DNA of 64,000 nucleotides from Eledone cirrhosa (GCA_964016885.1 OZ024759.1:16616001-16680000), one strand, 5' to 3'; shown: positions 39,185-52,443, counted from the stretch's first letter. Notes: a model not told the origin generated them from the sequence alone. Translations and numbers: made by a program.

Positions 39185-39532
39185 GGAGGCACATGGCTCA
39201 GTGGTTAGAGCATTGACCTTGCAATTGAGAGGTTGTGAGTTCAATTCTCAGACAGGGTGATGTGTTGTTTCCTTGAGCAAGACACTTTATTTCACATTGC
39301 TCCAGTTTACTCAGCTGTAGAAATGAGATGATAGGGACTGGGGTCCCTATCATTCCACTGCAAAGTGGTCGTGGAGGTGCCACGGCAAAAAAGCACCCAG
39401 CACTCACTGTAAATGAGGTTGGTGTTAGGAAGGGCATCCAGCTGTAGAAATCAAGCCAGAATCCGTTCCCGTCCCACCCTTGCAAGCAGGGAAAAGCGGA
39501 CGTAAAATGATGATGATGATGATGATGATGAT
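39185..39532 (+). mobile_element. SINE family A copy
   Basis: Near-identical to the 3845 copy; (ATG)n tail. Confidence 0.85.
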
Positions 39533-40077
39533 ATATATATATATATATTATCATCATCAACATTATTATACTCATCATTACCATTATCATTTAAAGTCCA
39601 TTTTCCATGCTAGCATGGTTTAGATGAGTTGTACGACTGTGTCTTATCTATGTATATGTCCATGTTGTAAATGTGGTTGGCATTAGGAAGGGCACCCAGC
39701 TGTAGAAACCAAGCCAGAATCAGTTCTGTATGAGCAAGATATGGTCACCCGATCTGTCTTGTCTCTAGCATGGAAAATGAACATTAAACAGTGATGATGA
39801 TGATGCGTGTGTGTGTATGTGTGTATATGTATAGTTGTTTCTACTTTTGGCACAAGGCCAGCAATTATCTCAGTGCATTACTGGTACTTTATTTTATTGG
39901 CCCCGTAAGGATGAAAGGTAAAGTTAACCTTGGCGGGATTTGAACTCAGACGATAAAGGGGCGTAACTCTATGCTGGAAAGCATGGCGTCCAGCCCTCTA
40001 CCGATACTGCCAATTCACCGTCATGTCTATATGTAAAATTGTTGAATAATTTGCAATTTTTTTAATTTGTTTTCTAG

Positions 40078-40256
40078 GTCGAATTCCCTATTCCAATTGT
40101 AGCCTGTAACTTAATGATTGAGTATGCCGATTTCTATGACAATTTGCAAGCTACTGCAGAAACATTGCAGTGCCCTCGGTGCAGTGCAAGTGTTCGAGCT
40201 AACCCTGGAGTCTGTGGCAATTGTGGAGAAAATGTTTTTCAATGCCATAAGTGCAG
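40078..40256 (+). CDS. UBR4: UBR4 exon 30 (Cys-rich zinc-binding region)
   Basis: [50 protein letters not shown]. Confidence 0.96.
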
Positions 40257-40299
40257 GTAAGAAAAATTGTTTTTGTTACTTTTCTTCTTTGGCCCTTTA

Positions 40300-40650
40300 C
40301 TCCTGGGACCTTCGTGGAGGCTGAGTACTCAAAATACTCCTTCAAGCAGGTCCTGTCAGAAGCAACCATCTCCAACTGATCCAGCTGGATACCATAACGA
40401 GACCGACCAAGCTTATGGATGTTATCTAACCATTTTGCTTGGGGTCTACCCCTCTGTCTCCTGCCGGTTGGTTTCGCCAGTAAAATCGGTCTAGTGATTC
40501 TTTCCCGAGACATTCTAACCCCATGCCCATAGTATCAGAGCTGTGATCTCTCAATTTGGAGAAGTAGCGGCTCTACCAGCAGTGACTCTCTGATCTCCGA
40601 GCTACGAATTCTATCAAGTAATGTTACTCCAAAGACCCTTTGGAGAAAAA
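40300..40650 (-). mobile_element. RTE-like LINE 3' remnant
   Basis: Minus-strand ORF ..PTGRRQRGRPQAKWLDNI..; related copy at ~37900-38200 (-). Confidence 0.7.
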
Positions 40651-41680
40651 TTGTTGTTATTTCAAGTAATCTTAGCACTACATTAGAACGAGTTTCTTCC
40701 CTAAGGAATCCTCTAAGTGATTGTCTGACCTGCTAGAATTAGCAGCCAAATCTCCATCCAATTACACCATATCATCTTGAAAAAGGAAAGATCGTCATCA
40801 TCATCATTTAACATCTGTTCTCCCGTACTGGCATTGGTTGGACAGGTCATCCTAGACTGAATCAGTACCTATTTGAGCTACATTCCTCCAAAACGGGCCG
40901 AGAGCCACATCTTGCTTACATACATCCATTCTGGTTTCAGTAACCACCTTACAGAGTGAAGTGTATTGGGTGTATTTTATTGTGGCTGCAACACTAGGAA
41001 GGTTGTCATGTCCTTGACACAACTGCAGAGTCCTCTTAACTTATTTGTTTGGCATGGTTTCTATAGCTGGATACACTTCCCAACACCAACCAATAGAACA
41101 AGGACCCTACTCACCAATTTCTCAACTACTCTAACCAGACTCCAAGAATGCAGAATTTATCGTCATCATCATCTTCATAGGTCTGGTTTTCCTGTCAGAT
41201 CCGACTAAGGAAATTGTGGTTACATGCAGTATTAGACTAAAGGTTTTGATTTTCAACGTGATGTAGTCACAGTGTTATTTCATATTTTTCAATAACTAGA
41301 ATTTATTTATACACTCTGACACATATGTGTATATGTGTGTGTGTATGTGCATATCCATATGTATGAGTATATAAATATAAATGCACAACACACAGACACA
41401 CTTATAAAAATACACACTCACAGACATACATTCACACACACATACATTTACACAAGCACACACTTACACTCGCACAGAGCATAGTTTTTTCACCATGCAT
41501 ACATTCACGCAGGCAGCAGATGTAAAGAGAGAGGAGAAGTATGAGGTAGTCAAGCTACTCCTCTCTCTTTACATGTTGTGACAGAATGGCAAAAATTTAT
41601 ATATAGATGTCTTGCTAATGCAGTTTCATGTGGATCAGCAAGTTAAGAGTTAATTAATTACCATTATTTATATTTTGTAG

Positions 41681-41819
41681 GTCTATTAACTATGATGAAA
41701 AAGATCCTTTTCTCTGTAATGCTTGTGGTTTCTGCAAATATGCTAAATTTGACTTCACTATGACTGCCAAACCATGCTGTGCTGTTGATCCTATAGAAAA
41801 TGAAGATGATCGCAAAAAA
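41681..41819 (+). CDS. UBR4: UBR4 exon 31
   Basis: [42 protein letters not shown]. Confidence 0.96.
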
Positions 41820-42554
41820 GTAAGTAATCTATATTTTTTTCACATCAGACTTAATAAAATTATGGTATTTTGAGTCAATATTCTTAACATTTTCAACCCT
41901 TTAGCATTTATATTACTCTATATTTACTATTATATTTTCACGGTAAAGGCTTTACCTGACTTAATTATCTCACATAATATTGAATCTATGATTTTGATGT
42001 TATTTATTTTGAGAACAATACCTTAACATCAATATGAGTGGCCAGTTACTGCTGGTTGGAACAGAAAGAGGTGAGAGAATTCTAGCCAGATGCGACTGCT
42101 TTAAATGCTAAAGGGTTAACAGAAGATAACTTTTATGAAAGTAATTTATTGATCATTGAGTTAATTGATCAGGTGAGGCTTCTGCCTGCTATTGGTACCA
42201 TGTACCTGTTTCATGGTCGAGTAGTTGGTGCTCCCCTCTCTATATAAAACGAGCGTGACAGTCAGATGGATGGATGGACAGGCATACTGTGCTCTTATTA
42301 TAATATAGATTATTACACGTGCTCACACACATGCATGATATATATGTATATAAAGTAATAATAATAAATGTGAAGACTAAAATCCAAAGAGGGCTCGATA
42401 AGGATATAAATATATATCAAATATATCAGAACCCTAGAGCAAATATTTATTAAAATAACAGCTTAAACTGTTATTTTAATAAATATATATAGTTGTAAAT
42501 GAATAGAGATGTTCTAAAGTAACTATTTTTTGTTTATTGTTATTATTATTATAG

Positions 42555-42744
42555 GGCGGTGGATTGGCAGTATCGGTAGAGGGTCGGACGCCATGCTTTG
42601 ACGCATAGAGTTACGGCCCTTTCCATTCTGAGTTCAAATCCCGCCGAGGTTAACTTTGCCTTTCATCCTTATGAGGGTCGATAAAATAAAGTACCAGTAA
42701 TGTACTGGGTAATTGCTGGCCTTGTGCCAAAAGTAGAAACAATT
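42555..42744 (+). mobile_element. tRNA-like SINE family B (~190 bp)
   Basis: GGCGGTGGATTGGCAGTATCGG..GAGTTCAAATCCCGCC..GTAGAAACAATT. Other copies at ~2930-3495 (-, three in tandem), 12475, 16360, 22182, 22580, 26222, 39836 (-), 49908, 52991 (-). Confidence 0.8.
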
Positions 42745-42748
42745 AATA

Positions 42749-42970
42749 TATAAATAATATAAGATCAAAAGATGGTTAAAAGAGTTCCAATATTTTATTA
42801 TGTGCATTTCAAAAACAAATATCATCATGGGATGATATCTGCGCTCTTATCATGTCTCCCTATTTTATCTGATGAGAACGCAGATATCCCATGATGATAT
42901 TTGTTTTTGAAATGCACATAATAAAATATTGGAACTCTTTTAACCATCTTTTGATCTTATATTATTTATA
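42749..42970. repeat. ~100-bp fold-back inverted repeat containing a hammerhead
   Basis: tataaataatataagatcaaaag.. / ..cttttgatcttatattatttata. Confidence 0.93.
42861..42928 (+). ncRNA. Type I hammerhead ribozyme motif (sense to UBR4)
   Basis: Stem I TATTTTAT/ATAAAATA; CTGATGA 42869-75; ~13-bp stem II; GAAA 42909-12; short stem III; AUA triplet ending 42920. Confidence 0.75.
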
Positions 42971-43049
42971 CTCCAGTCCTTACAAACTGTAGAGTGCTAC
43001 TTATCCGATATTTGCATGCTTTATTGTGCTACAATAAAACTCACCTCCT

Positions 43050-43095
<46 letters not shown>

Positions 43096-43299
43096 CATGT
43101 TAAATGATAAACTATATATACTCAAATATAAGCTGAGGAATATAAAACCCAAAAAATCAATGGAAGGGTGTTGGTTTATATTTGGTTTAAATAAGGTTTG
43201 GATTTTTACCCAGTTCTCAGACATAAAATAGTGGGGTGGCTTATAGTTATAGCAGCTTATATTCGAGTATATACAGTATTTGTGTTTTTCTTTTCCCAG

Positions 43300-43425
43300 T
43301 CAATTGCAACTATCAACAGTCTATTAGAAAAGGCAGATCGTACATATAAACAACTACAAGCTCACAAACCAGCTTTAGAAAACTTATTGATGCAAGTGAC
43401 AGAACATAGCTCTGATAGACCTTTG
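43300..43425 (+). CDS. UBR4: UBR4 exon 32
   Basis: SIATINSLLEKADRTYKQLQAHKPALENLL.. Confidence 0.94.
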
Positions 43426-46400
43426 GTAAGTTTCCTTTCCTCTAAAACTTTGTTTATTTATTCATTTATTTATTTATTCATTTACTTTTTTTCCTCACAC
43501 ACAAAAAATTTTAAAGTGAATTTAGTTTCACTTTAAAAATCTGTGTGTGAGGAACTAATAAAAAATAAAAAAAATTTTTAATATTTTTTTCCTTACCTTT
43601 TTTTTTTCTTTCATCCCTATTTTATTGCACTTTTTTTCTGCTTTAAAACATTTTCTGACACTCATTGCCAGCTACTTTTTTTTTTAATTATTATTATTAA
43701 CCCTTTTTCCTGCATCATTTCAACTCTGATTTTTACAGATCTATTCCTCAGTCAAAGATCCCACAAATCGCTGTTTCAAAACTAGTCAGCTGAGTTGTTT
43801 TGGGGTTAGTTGTTTTTAATATTCATTAAATCTTCCTAGTTATATATTTTTTCTTCTATTTGTCAACATATTCTTTCCCCCCAATCAAGCCCCTGTCCAC
43901 CCTCCTTAAAAAGAAAGAAATGCCATCAGCCAAGAGAAGAAATATCCCACAAACCCTTTTTTTTTTAACTAGTCAAGTTGTTTTAATATTAATTAAATCT
44001 TCCCAGTTATATATTTTTTCTTCTATTTTGTCAACATATTCTGTCTCCATATCAAGCCCCAGTCTACTGTCCTCCATCAGAAAAAAAAGAAGCAATTAGT
44101 TAGCAAAGAGAAGAAACAACCTACAAGTCTTTTTTTTTTATATTCATTAAACCTCTTCAGTGCCGTAGATGAGATAACTTATCTTAACATGTTTGCATTC
44201 CAGTGCCACGGATGAGATAACTTGTCCTAACATTTTCTCTCTCTCTCTCCCCCTACCAAGTTCCAACCATCCTGCCCTCCTCCGTCAAAAAAAGCCATCA
44301 GCCAAGGAAGAAATATATCACAGATCCTCCTTTTCTATGAAAATTAGTCAAGTTGTTTTTAATATTCATTATATCCTCCCAGTTATATTTTTTCTTCTAT
44401 TTTGTCAACATATTCTGTCCCCCTACCAAGTCACTGTCTACCCTCCTCCATAAAAAAGCCATCAGCCAAGCTAAGAAATATGTCAGAGACACTTTTTTTA
44501 AAAACTAGTCGTATTGATTTGGGGTTTTTTTTTTTAATCATTGAATCATAACATTTTTTCCTTTTTGTCTCTCTCTCCCCCGCAAACCCTAGTCCACCTA
44601 AACAACAAAGAGAGGAAACAATTTAAAGAGCAAGCGAGAAAACTTATAAAGATTTATATGAAAAACTCTAGTCTTTTTGTTTTTTTCAGTATCTTTACTA
44701 GTGGACAGATCTTTTTGAAAATTTGTAGTAATAGAGACTTATTTAATGTGATACAGTCAGTTATGCTAAAAGTAATGTTGCATATGCTTGCTTGTCAATT
44801 AATACTTGACATTCTCTTGTGGTTTAGCAGAAAATACTTGAAACAAATTTAATTCAAATGTTTGCAGTATCTTTACTGGTTGGCAGATCGTCATGAAAAT
44901 TAGCAATATTGGAGTAAAGACTTCAATTTTTAATGTGAAGCAGTCACAGTACTATTTTATACTTTTCAATAATGTCTTGCTAATTAGGTTTGAGATGTTT
45001 GTAGTATATTTACTAGTTGACAGATTGTTGTGAAAATTTGCAGTATTAAAATTTCAATGTGATGCAGTCATAGTACTGTTTTGTAGTCTTCAAGAAAGTC
45101 TTGCTAATGTGGTTTCAATGCAGTACAGGATGTTAAGAGTTAATTTTGTACTCTGTAAGAGTGGTGGATTGGCAGAATTGGTAGAGCATCAGATAAAAGG
45201 CCATTGCAGTATTTGTTCTGGCTCTTTGCATTCTGAGTTCAAATCCTGCTACGGTCAACTGTGCCTTTCATTCCTCTGAGGTCAATAAATAAAGTACCAG
45301 TGAAATACTGGTGTTGATTTGATCAACTTTACGATCTTGATAAAGTAAAGAACCAGTGACATACCAGTGTTGATTCAATCAACTTTTCCTTTACCCCAAA
45401 ATAGGTTGGCCTTATGTCTGAATTAGATATCAATTTTGTACTTTGGTTTAAAACACTGTGATACATTGATATCCAGTTTAATGTTCACATTTCCTATGTT
45501 ATGGGTTGGATGGGTCTGTAATAAATCCGCTTTCTTAACAGAACTAACCTTTCTCTGCTCTTCTCTCTACCTTCTGCTAATTCTTTGTCAAGCTATGTCT
45601 TATATATTTCGCCTCCTATTCAACTTCTTATGGCTTTTCTTCTTCAGTCAGCTTGTCATCAGCTATTCATTGCATCCTGCCTAACCCATGCAAGCATGGA
45701 AAATACACATTAAACGGAAAGGAAGATGATATATATATATGAGTGTGTGGTTGGAGTTAGGAAGTGCATCCAGCTTGCCAAGCAAGGAGTTAGAAGGACC
45801 CTTCAGTTTGTGTCAAAAGACATGACAACTTCTCTTCTGCACATGATATGACTGTATGTAAGCAGGATACAGACTCCTTGGTCTGTCTAGGAGGTCAGTA
45901 GCCCTGCTTCGGTACTGACTTGGTCTATGTAGACCCATCCAACCCTTGCTAGCAGGGAAAGCAGATGTTAAATGATGATAATATACATATATATTCATAT
46001 GCACACATACTAATGAAAGACAATATGATCTTTACAACATTTTAAAATTAATTTGGAGGTATTTAGTGATATAACTAACTTTCTCATTATTGAGATAGTG
46101 TTTCGAATTATGATAGAAGGCATTCATCATCATCATCATCATCATTATCAATATCATTTAATGTCTGTTTTCCCTTCTAGCAAGGGTTGATGGGTCTTCA
46201 CAGACCAAGTCAGTATTTACGCAAAGCTACTGACCCCTCAGATAGGCTAGGGCCTGCATCTCACTTATATATGATCCCACACTCAACCGAGTACATTTTA
46301 TCATGGCACCAACATTAGGGAGGATATTATGTCTTCAGCACAACTAATTGGTCCTCCATACCCTTTGTTTGGCAAGCTTTCTAAGGTTGGGTGTCCTTCC

Positions 46401-46777
46401 TATCACCAACCACTTTACAGCATGTACAGTGTGCATTTATCATGTAGGTCGCTAACACTAAGGAAGGTGTCATATCCTTGACAAAACCGAAGGGTCATCT
46501 TAATTTCTTGTTAAGCAAGCTTTATATGGCTGGATGACCTTCCTATCCTTACCATTGGGATAAATATAAACACTTCAAAATAAACAGTTTTGTTAATATA
46601 AAGAATGGGGTGCTAATGTGTGGAGATGCTATAAAACATCTTATAAAATAGGCCGAAGAGTCTCATAGAAAAAAAAAGAAGCTGCCATTGGCTGCTATCG
46701 TAGAACTTGGGACAGCTTGATATCAAAACAGTTAAACATATATTTAATTTGAGTTTACTCAAATTAATATTTGGTTT

Positions 46778-47121
46778 CATCATCATCATCATCATCATTT
46801 TACGTCCGCTTTTCCCTGCTTGCAAGGGTGGGACGGGAACTGATTCTGGCTTGATTTCTACAGCTGGATGCCCTTCCTAACACCAACCTCATTTACAGTG
46901 AGTGCTGGGTGCTTTTTTTGCCGTGACACCTCCACGACCACTTTGCAGTGGAATGATATGGACCCCAGTCCCTATCATCTCATTTCTACAGCTGAGTAAA
47001 CTGGAGCAATGTGAAATAAAGTGTCTTACTCAAGGAAACAACACATCACCCGGTCTGAGAATTGAACTCACAACCTTTCGATTGCAAGGCCAATGCTCTA
47101 ACCACTAAGCCATGTGCCTCC
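46778..47121 (-). mobile_element. SINE family A copy
   Basis: Reverse complement of the 3845 copy. Confidence 0.85.
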
Positions 47122-47964
47122 ATGGTTTAACCATGAATATCTTTGTTTATTCCACTTGTAATATCACAATAAAAAAAAAAACGTATTTAATTGGCAAATT
47201 TTTCTAGATGTTTGTTATTACTAACATCTTTGACTGTATACATGAGTGTATTTTATCACAACACTAACACTTTATCGAGTGTACTGAGTGTATTTGATCA
47301 TGACACTATAGTTTTGGGAGTGTATTTTATAACTCTACAGAGTGTTTTTTATCATAACACTAACACTTTACAGAGTGTACTGAGTGTATTTTATCATGAC
47401 ACTAACACTACCACTTTACAGAGTGTACCGAGTGTATTTTATCATAATACTAATATTTTACATTGTAGTGGATTTATTTTATCAGGACACCAGCACTAAC
47501 ACCTTACAGAGCATGCTGGGTACATTTTATCATAGCACCATTACTCACACTTTACAGAGTGTGCTGGGTATATTTTATCATGGCACGAGTATTACAGCTT
47601 TACAGAGTGTACTGGGTGCATTGAGGGCTTAGTAGAAGCTGTCATATTTCATTGAGTTTTCCTTTTAAATTTTGTTTCATTTTGGTTGGATCATGTTGCT
47701 TCTCAAAACGCATGCAATGGTTGAGTTTCATCAGTTTTATTCAATCAATCAATTAATAATTAATTAATTGTGATGAGGTCCTGAAAGAAGAAGACACAGA
47801 GAAACAATTGAGTAAGTGTGGCTGAAGAGGAGACTTAGAGAACAAAAGTCAGAGGTCACTGGAATGGCACAAACCCAATAGTTACCATCTTGTGTATTTC
47901 CAAGTCATGGAAATAACAATTCTTAAACAACTGCTGGAGTTCTCTCTCTCTCTCTCTCTCTCTG

Positions 47965-48089
47965 TAAAGAAATTCTAGTCTGACAGTGGGGTTTAGACCC
48001 TCTAAGAAATGGAACAAGATGAGTCAGTACTCACCTTTTTCCATTTTTTAGAGGGTTCTAAACCCCACTGTCAGGCTAGAATTTCTTTA
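47965..48089. repeat. Diverged fold-back element, same family as 28097
   Basis: taaagaaattctagtctgacagtggggttt.. / ..aaaccccactgtcaggctagaatttcttta. Confidence 0.85.
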
Positions 48090-48164
48090 GTAAAAGATAT
48101 GGGGAAAGATTCTGTTTCTAATTTCAAATTTGCTTTCTATTTCAAAACATATTGTTATATATAT

Positions 48165-48500
48165 GGAGGCACATGGCTTAGTGGTTAGAGCATTGGCCTT
48201 GCAATCAAAAGGTTGTGAGTTCAATTCTCAGACCGGGTGATGTGTTGTTTCCTTGAGCAAGACACTTTATTTCACATTGCTCCAGTTTACTCAGCTGTAG
48301 AAATGAGATGATAGGGACTGGAGTCCATATCATTCCACTGCAAAGTGGTCGTGGAGGTGCCACGACAAAAAAGCACCCAGCACTTACTGTAAATGAGGTT
48401 GGTGTTAGGAAGGGCATCCAGCTGTAGAAATCAAGCCAGAAACAGTTCCTGTCCCACCCTTGTAAGCAGGGAAAAAGCGGACGTAAAATGAATGATGCAA
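48165..48500 (+). mobile_element. SINE family A copy
   Basis: Near-identical to the 3845 copy. Confidence 0.85.
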
Positions 48501-48544
<44 letters not shown>

Positions 48545-48581
48545 TGGCCTTGTGCCTATATAAGAAACCATATATATATAT

Positions 48582-48777
48582 AAGGAAAAGAAATCGAAAA
48601 TGCAACTGGAGTCTTTTTAAGAATAAATATTTCTTTCTTTACCGGTTTCACAGTTCTTATGCTTTTCAAAAGTATCTCAATTCTACTTTTGAAAAGCATG
48701 AGAACTATGAAACCGGTAAAGGAAATAAATAAATATTCTTAAAAAGACTCCAGTTGCATTTTCGATTTCTTTTCCTT
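48582..48777. repeat. ~93-bp fold-back inverted repeat between (TA)n tracts
   Basis: aaggaaaagaaatcgaaaatgcaactgg.. / ..ccagttgcattttcgatttcttttcctt; loop tctcaattc. Confidence 0.92.
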
Positions 48778-48957
48778 CTACTTTCACCCATGTAGGACAT
48801 CTCGTTTTTTTATTTTAAAAAAACCCTCATTTTCTTATATATATATATATATGGTAGTGAGGGACATGGGTGAAGCAGCAGAGAAGGCTGGGAAAGAATG
48901 GAAATGAGAATAGTTTGGGGAATGACTATATTTGTGTGTATACATACAAATATACTG

Positions 48958-49004
<47 letters not shown>

Positions 49005-49735
49005 GAAATGACTTCTAGGGCTAGTACTGTAGAAGTTATTTCTGTATGAAATAAATATATCTACTAATGTATTGGTAATTAAATGTGGCTCTTTTCCACT
49101 GCTCTTTGGAAAACTATATATATATATATATATTTGTTTATTTTGTTAAGGGTAAATAATGAGTTTTGTTACTCTGGAGTTTTGCCTATTTAGCCTTAAA
49201 ATGAATATTTTAGACTCTACTTCAGTGTTGAGTATTCTTTCTTCTCGGCTGTCAACTACATAAGGCTACGTGATATATATATATATATATTGCCAGGTGG
49301 TGCTATTAAGTTAGACATGGCCTGGGCCAATACTGGCCAAAACCTATCAAAGTACACACACACACACACACACACACATTGCAGAGGATGATGGGAAGAG
49401 AGCCAATGAGGGATGCTGTGAAAAGAAATGGAATGTGATGTCTGGGTTATGTGTTGAGGAAGGATGAAAGTGACTGAATGAGAGGAATGATGAATATGGA
49501 AGGGAGTAAAGGAGGAGGAAGACCAAGAAAGACATGGCTAAAGATTATGGAGGAGGAAATGAAAGTTTTGTGAGGGGTGGCATGCAGACAATAGGGTAAA
49601 ATCGAGAAGGTTGCAAGGCTATCCCTGCCTTAGGGAAATTGCCTTAAAACATTTGTTGGTTGTTGTTATTTGTTTGTCTTCAATCAGACGTTTTGAAAGT
49701 TGTGGTTTCTGTTGATTATTGATCTGTATTTTCAG

Positions 49736-49855
49736 GAAGAAAACAGTGCAGCTAATGTGCCCAACAGTAGTGTACACAAGGCCATACAGCAGTTGGCCAC
49801 GAAGTACTGTATCGAATGCAAATCATCATTTGATGAGCTCAGTAAAATCATTCAG
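49736..49855 (+). CDS. UBR4: UBR4 exon 33
   Basis: ..VHKAIQQLATKYCIECKSSFDELSKIIQ. Confidence 0.94.
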
Positions 49856-50605
49856 GTACTTTGCTGTCTTTTTATCATTATTTTTAAAGTCTTTCATTAT
49901 TTTTAAAGGGCGGTGGATTGGCAGTATCGGTAGAGGGTCGGACGCCATGCTTTCCAGCATAGAATTACGGCCCTTGCCATTCTGAGTTCAAATCCCGCCG
50001 AGGTTAACTTTGCCTTTCATCCTTACGAGGTCAATAAAATAAAGTACCAGTAAGTAATACATTGGGTAATTGCTGGCCTTGTGCCAAAAATAGAAACAAT
50101 TATTTTTAAAGTCTTTCATCATTATTTTCAAAGCCTTACGTCCCTTTACGGTCTAAGTTCAAATCCTGCCGAGGTTAACTTTGCCTCATACTTACGGGGT
50201 CAATAAAATAAAGTACCTTTCTAGAAAATACTTGCCCGCTGTAAAGAGCTTTTTGATTACGACTGTCAACAATATCATAGCTTATCCCTTTAAACCGGCC
50301 ATATCTGGCCAAAATTCTCTCACCTCTTTCTGTTCAAACCAGCCATAACCAGTCGCTCATACTGATAAATAACTAATATCAAAATCTCATAGATTCGATA
50401 TTATGTGAGATAATTATGTGAAGTAAAGCCTTTACTGTGAAAATACAATAGTATATATAGAATAGCGTAAATGCTAAAGGGTTAATATCATATCTACCAT
50501 CCCTGCTAACAAGTGTTGAACTGTCAACAGACAGAAGCTATCAAATGGGCTCCTGTACAGTATATATTTGTCAGTAATCAGTTGTTGTGTTTCTTTCCAT
50601 TGTAG

Positions 50606-50778
50606 AAAGTACTTGCCTGCCGTAAGGAACTTGTTGATTATGACCGTCAACAGAAAGAAGCAGTTTTAAGTGGTGTGGCTAGTGATTCTCCGATTACAAG
50701 TCCTCAAGGAAGTGTGACCAGTTTAATGCACCAGTCACACCCTTCTATGTCATCTTCCATACACAAAGCAAGAGATAG
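50606..50778 (+). CDS. UBR4: UBR4 exon 34
   Basis: KVLACRKELVDYDRQQKEA..; tgtag / gtaatt. Confidence 0.92.
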
Positions 50779-51784
50779 GTAATTTCATTTAATCTTTTCA
50801 TTTCCATATCAATATTTTAAAAGAAAAGCTGTTTTGCCATGTCTGTCTGTCTGTCACACATATATGTAGGAGTAAAAAGAGAAAGCAGCCCCTTTTTTTA
50901 AAGTTGAGACGAGGAAAGAGATCATTTATGTCAGAGATGGGGAATTGTGACCTTTTGAAAGAATCAAACATTTCCAAACAAATATTTAATTTTTATTAAT
51001 ATGTTTTTGTCTATTTCTTATTATTTTAATTTGAACCATCGGATGAATGTATTTTAAATACCAAAAGAGTAAAAGAAGATTCAATGATATAATCTTCACT
51101 GACAGACAGCCAGAATTTAAAAAAATAATAGATTATAAGGGTCATTTCAGCACTTTTTACGCTCATGTTTTAGATCTAGAATGTACATTAAATTCCTGCT
51201 TGACTGGAACCACTGTTGCCCGAGACTGGTTAGTAAGAACCCACGGGGATTTAGTATACCAGTAATTATCTAAATTTTAAGAATATTAAAAGTAACTTAA
51301 AGCAGCCTTTCAGCATGAAAAAAGTTTCCCACCTCTGACTTCTGTCACACTCGTAGTTTATTGCGACCTTAAAAGTAAAGATCTGTATGTGGGGAGTGGT
51401 GGGGGGCACTAGTTTCTTATAAGATACACTGTATTTGAATTAATGAATGAAGAATTTTGAGAGGTTTACTAGAATTAAGAATTATTCCATTTTTACAGTG
51501 ACTATACTTTGTATAGTTTTGGCATGGTTTTACTTGTTGGATGCCCTTCCTATCACCAACCACGTTACAGCATGGACTGGGTGCATTCTAAGATTCATCA
51601 CAGCTGTATGTTTGTATCACTTGTGTGCGTGAGTGTGAAGGAACCAACAAACAAACAAACATCTCTTTTTTTTTTATATTATGTAAAGATATTATAATTA
51701 GCCGTCATTTTTGACAGCACAGGGCCAGCTAATTGTATAATAAATAGTTATAAATTCTTCATTATTGGTTTGTTCTCTTTCCAG

Positions 51785-51896
51785 TCATCGACCATCAACT
51801 TGCTATGGTTGTGCCAGTGCTGCTGTCAGTCACTGCATTACATTACTGAGAGCTCTTGTCACTAATGCAACAATGAGGCAGATTTTGTGCAGTCAG
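51785..51896 (+). CDS. UBR4: UBR4 exon 35
   Basis: STCYGCASAAVSHCITLLRALVTN..ILCSQ. Confidence 0.95.
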
Positions 51897-52246
51897 GTAA
51901 GTTACTTGTCTTTTGTTTCTCAATACAGTTAGGTGGCAGGCATGGCTGTGTGGTTAAGATGGTTGTTCCACAACCATGTGATCCAGAGTTCAATCCTGTG
52001 TGTTCCACCTTGGGGAAGTGTCTTCTATTATAGCCTTGGCTTGACTAATGCCTTGGGAGTAGAATTTGGGTGACAAAAACTGCAGAAACCCAGTGTGTAT
52101 GTATATATATGTGTATGTGTGTGTGTACACGTGTGTGTATGTACACACACATATTATATACAAAAATGGCTAACAAAATGCACATATTTTCCTTATCTTC
52201 ATTCATTTCATAGCCAAGGCTTCTAATTGAAAATATGGTAGTTGTA

Positions 52247-52443
52247 TCTACCTTAAGTTATCTTGGCCAAACATTTGTGTGATCCTGTAAAAATTGTGTT
52301 ACTAAGTTGTGAATGTTTGTCTACCTTAAGTTATCTTGGCCAAACATTTGTGTGATCCTGTAAAAATTGTGTTACTAAGTTGTGAATGTTTGTCTACCTT
52401 AAGTTATCTTGGCCAAACATTTGTGTGATCCTGTAAAAATTGC
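52247..52443. repeat. 73-bp tandem repeat, 2.7 copies
   Basis: tctaccttaagttatcttggcc at 52247, 52320, 52393. Confidence 0.93.
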
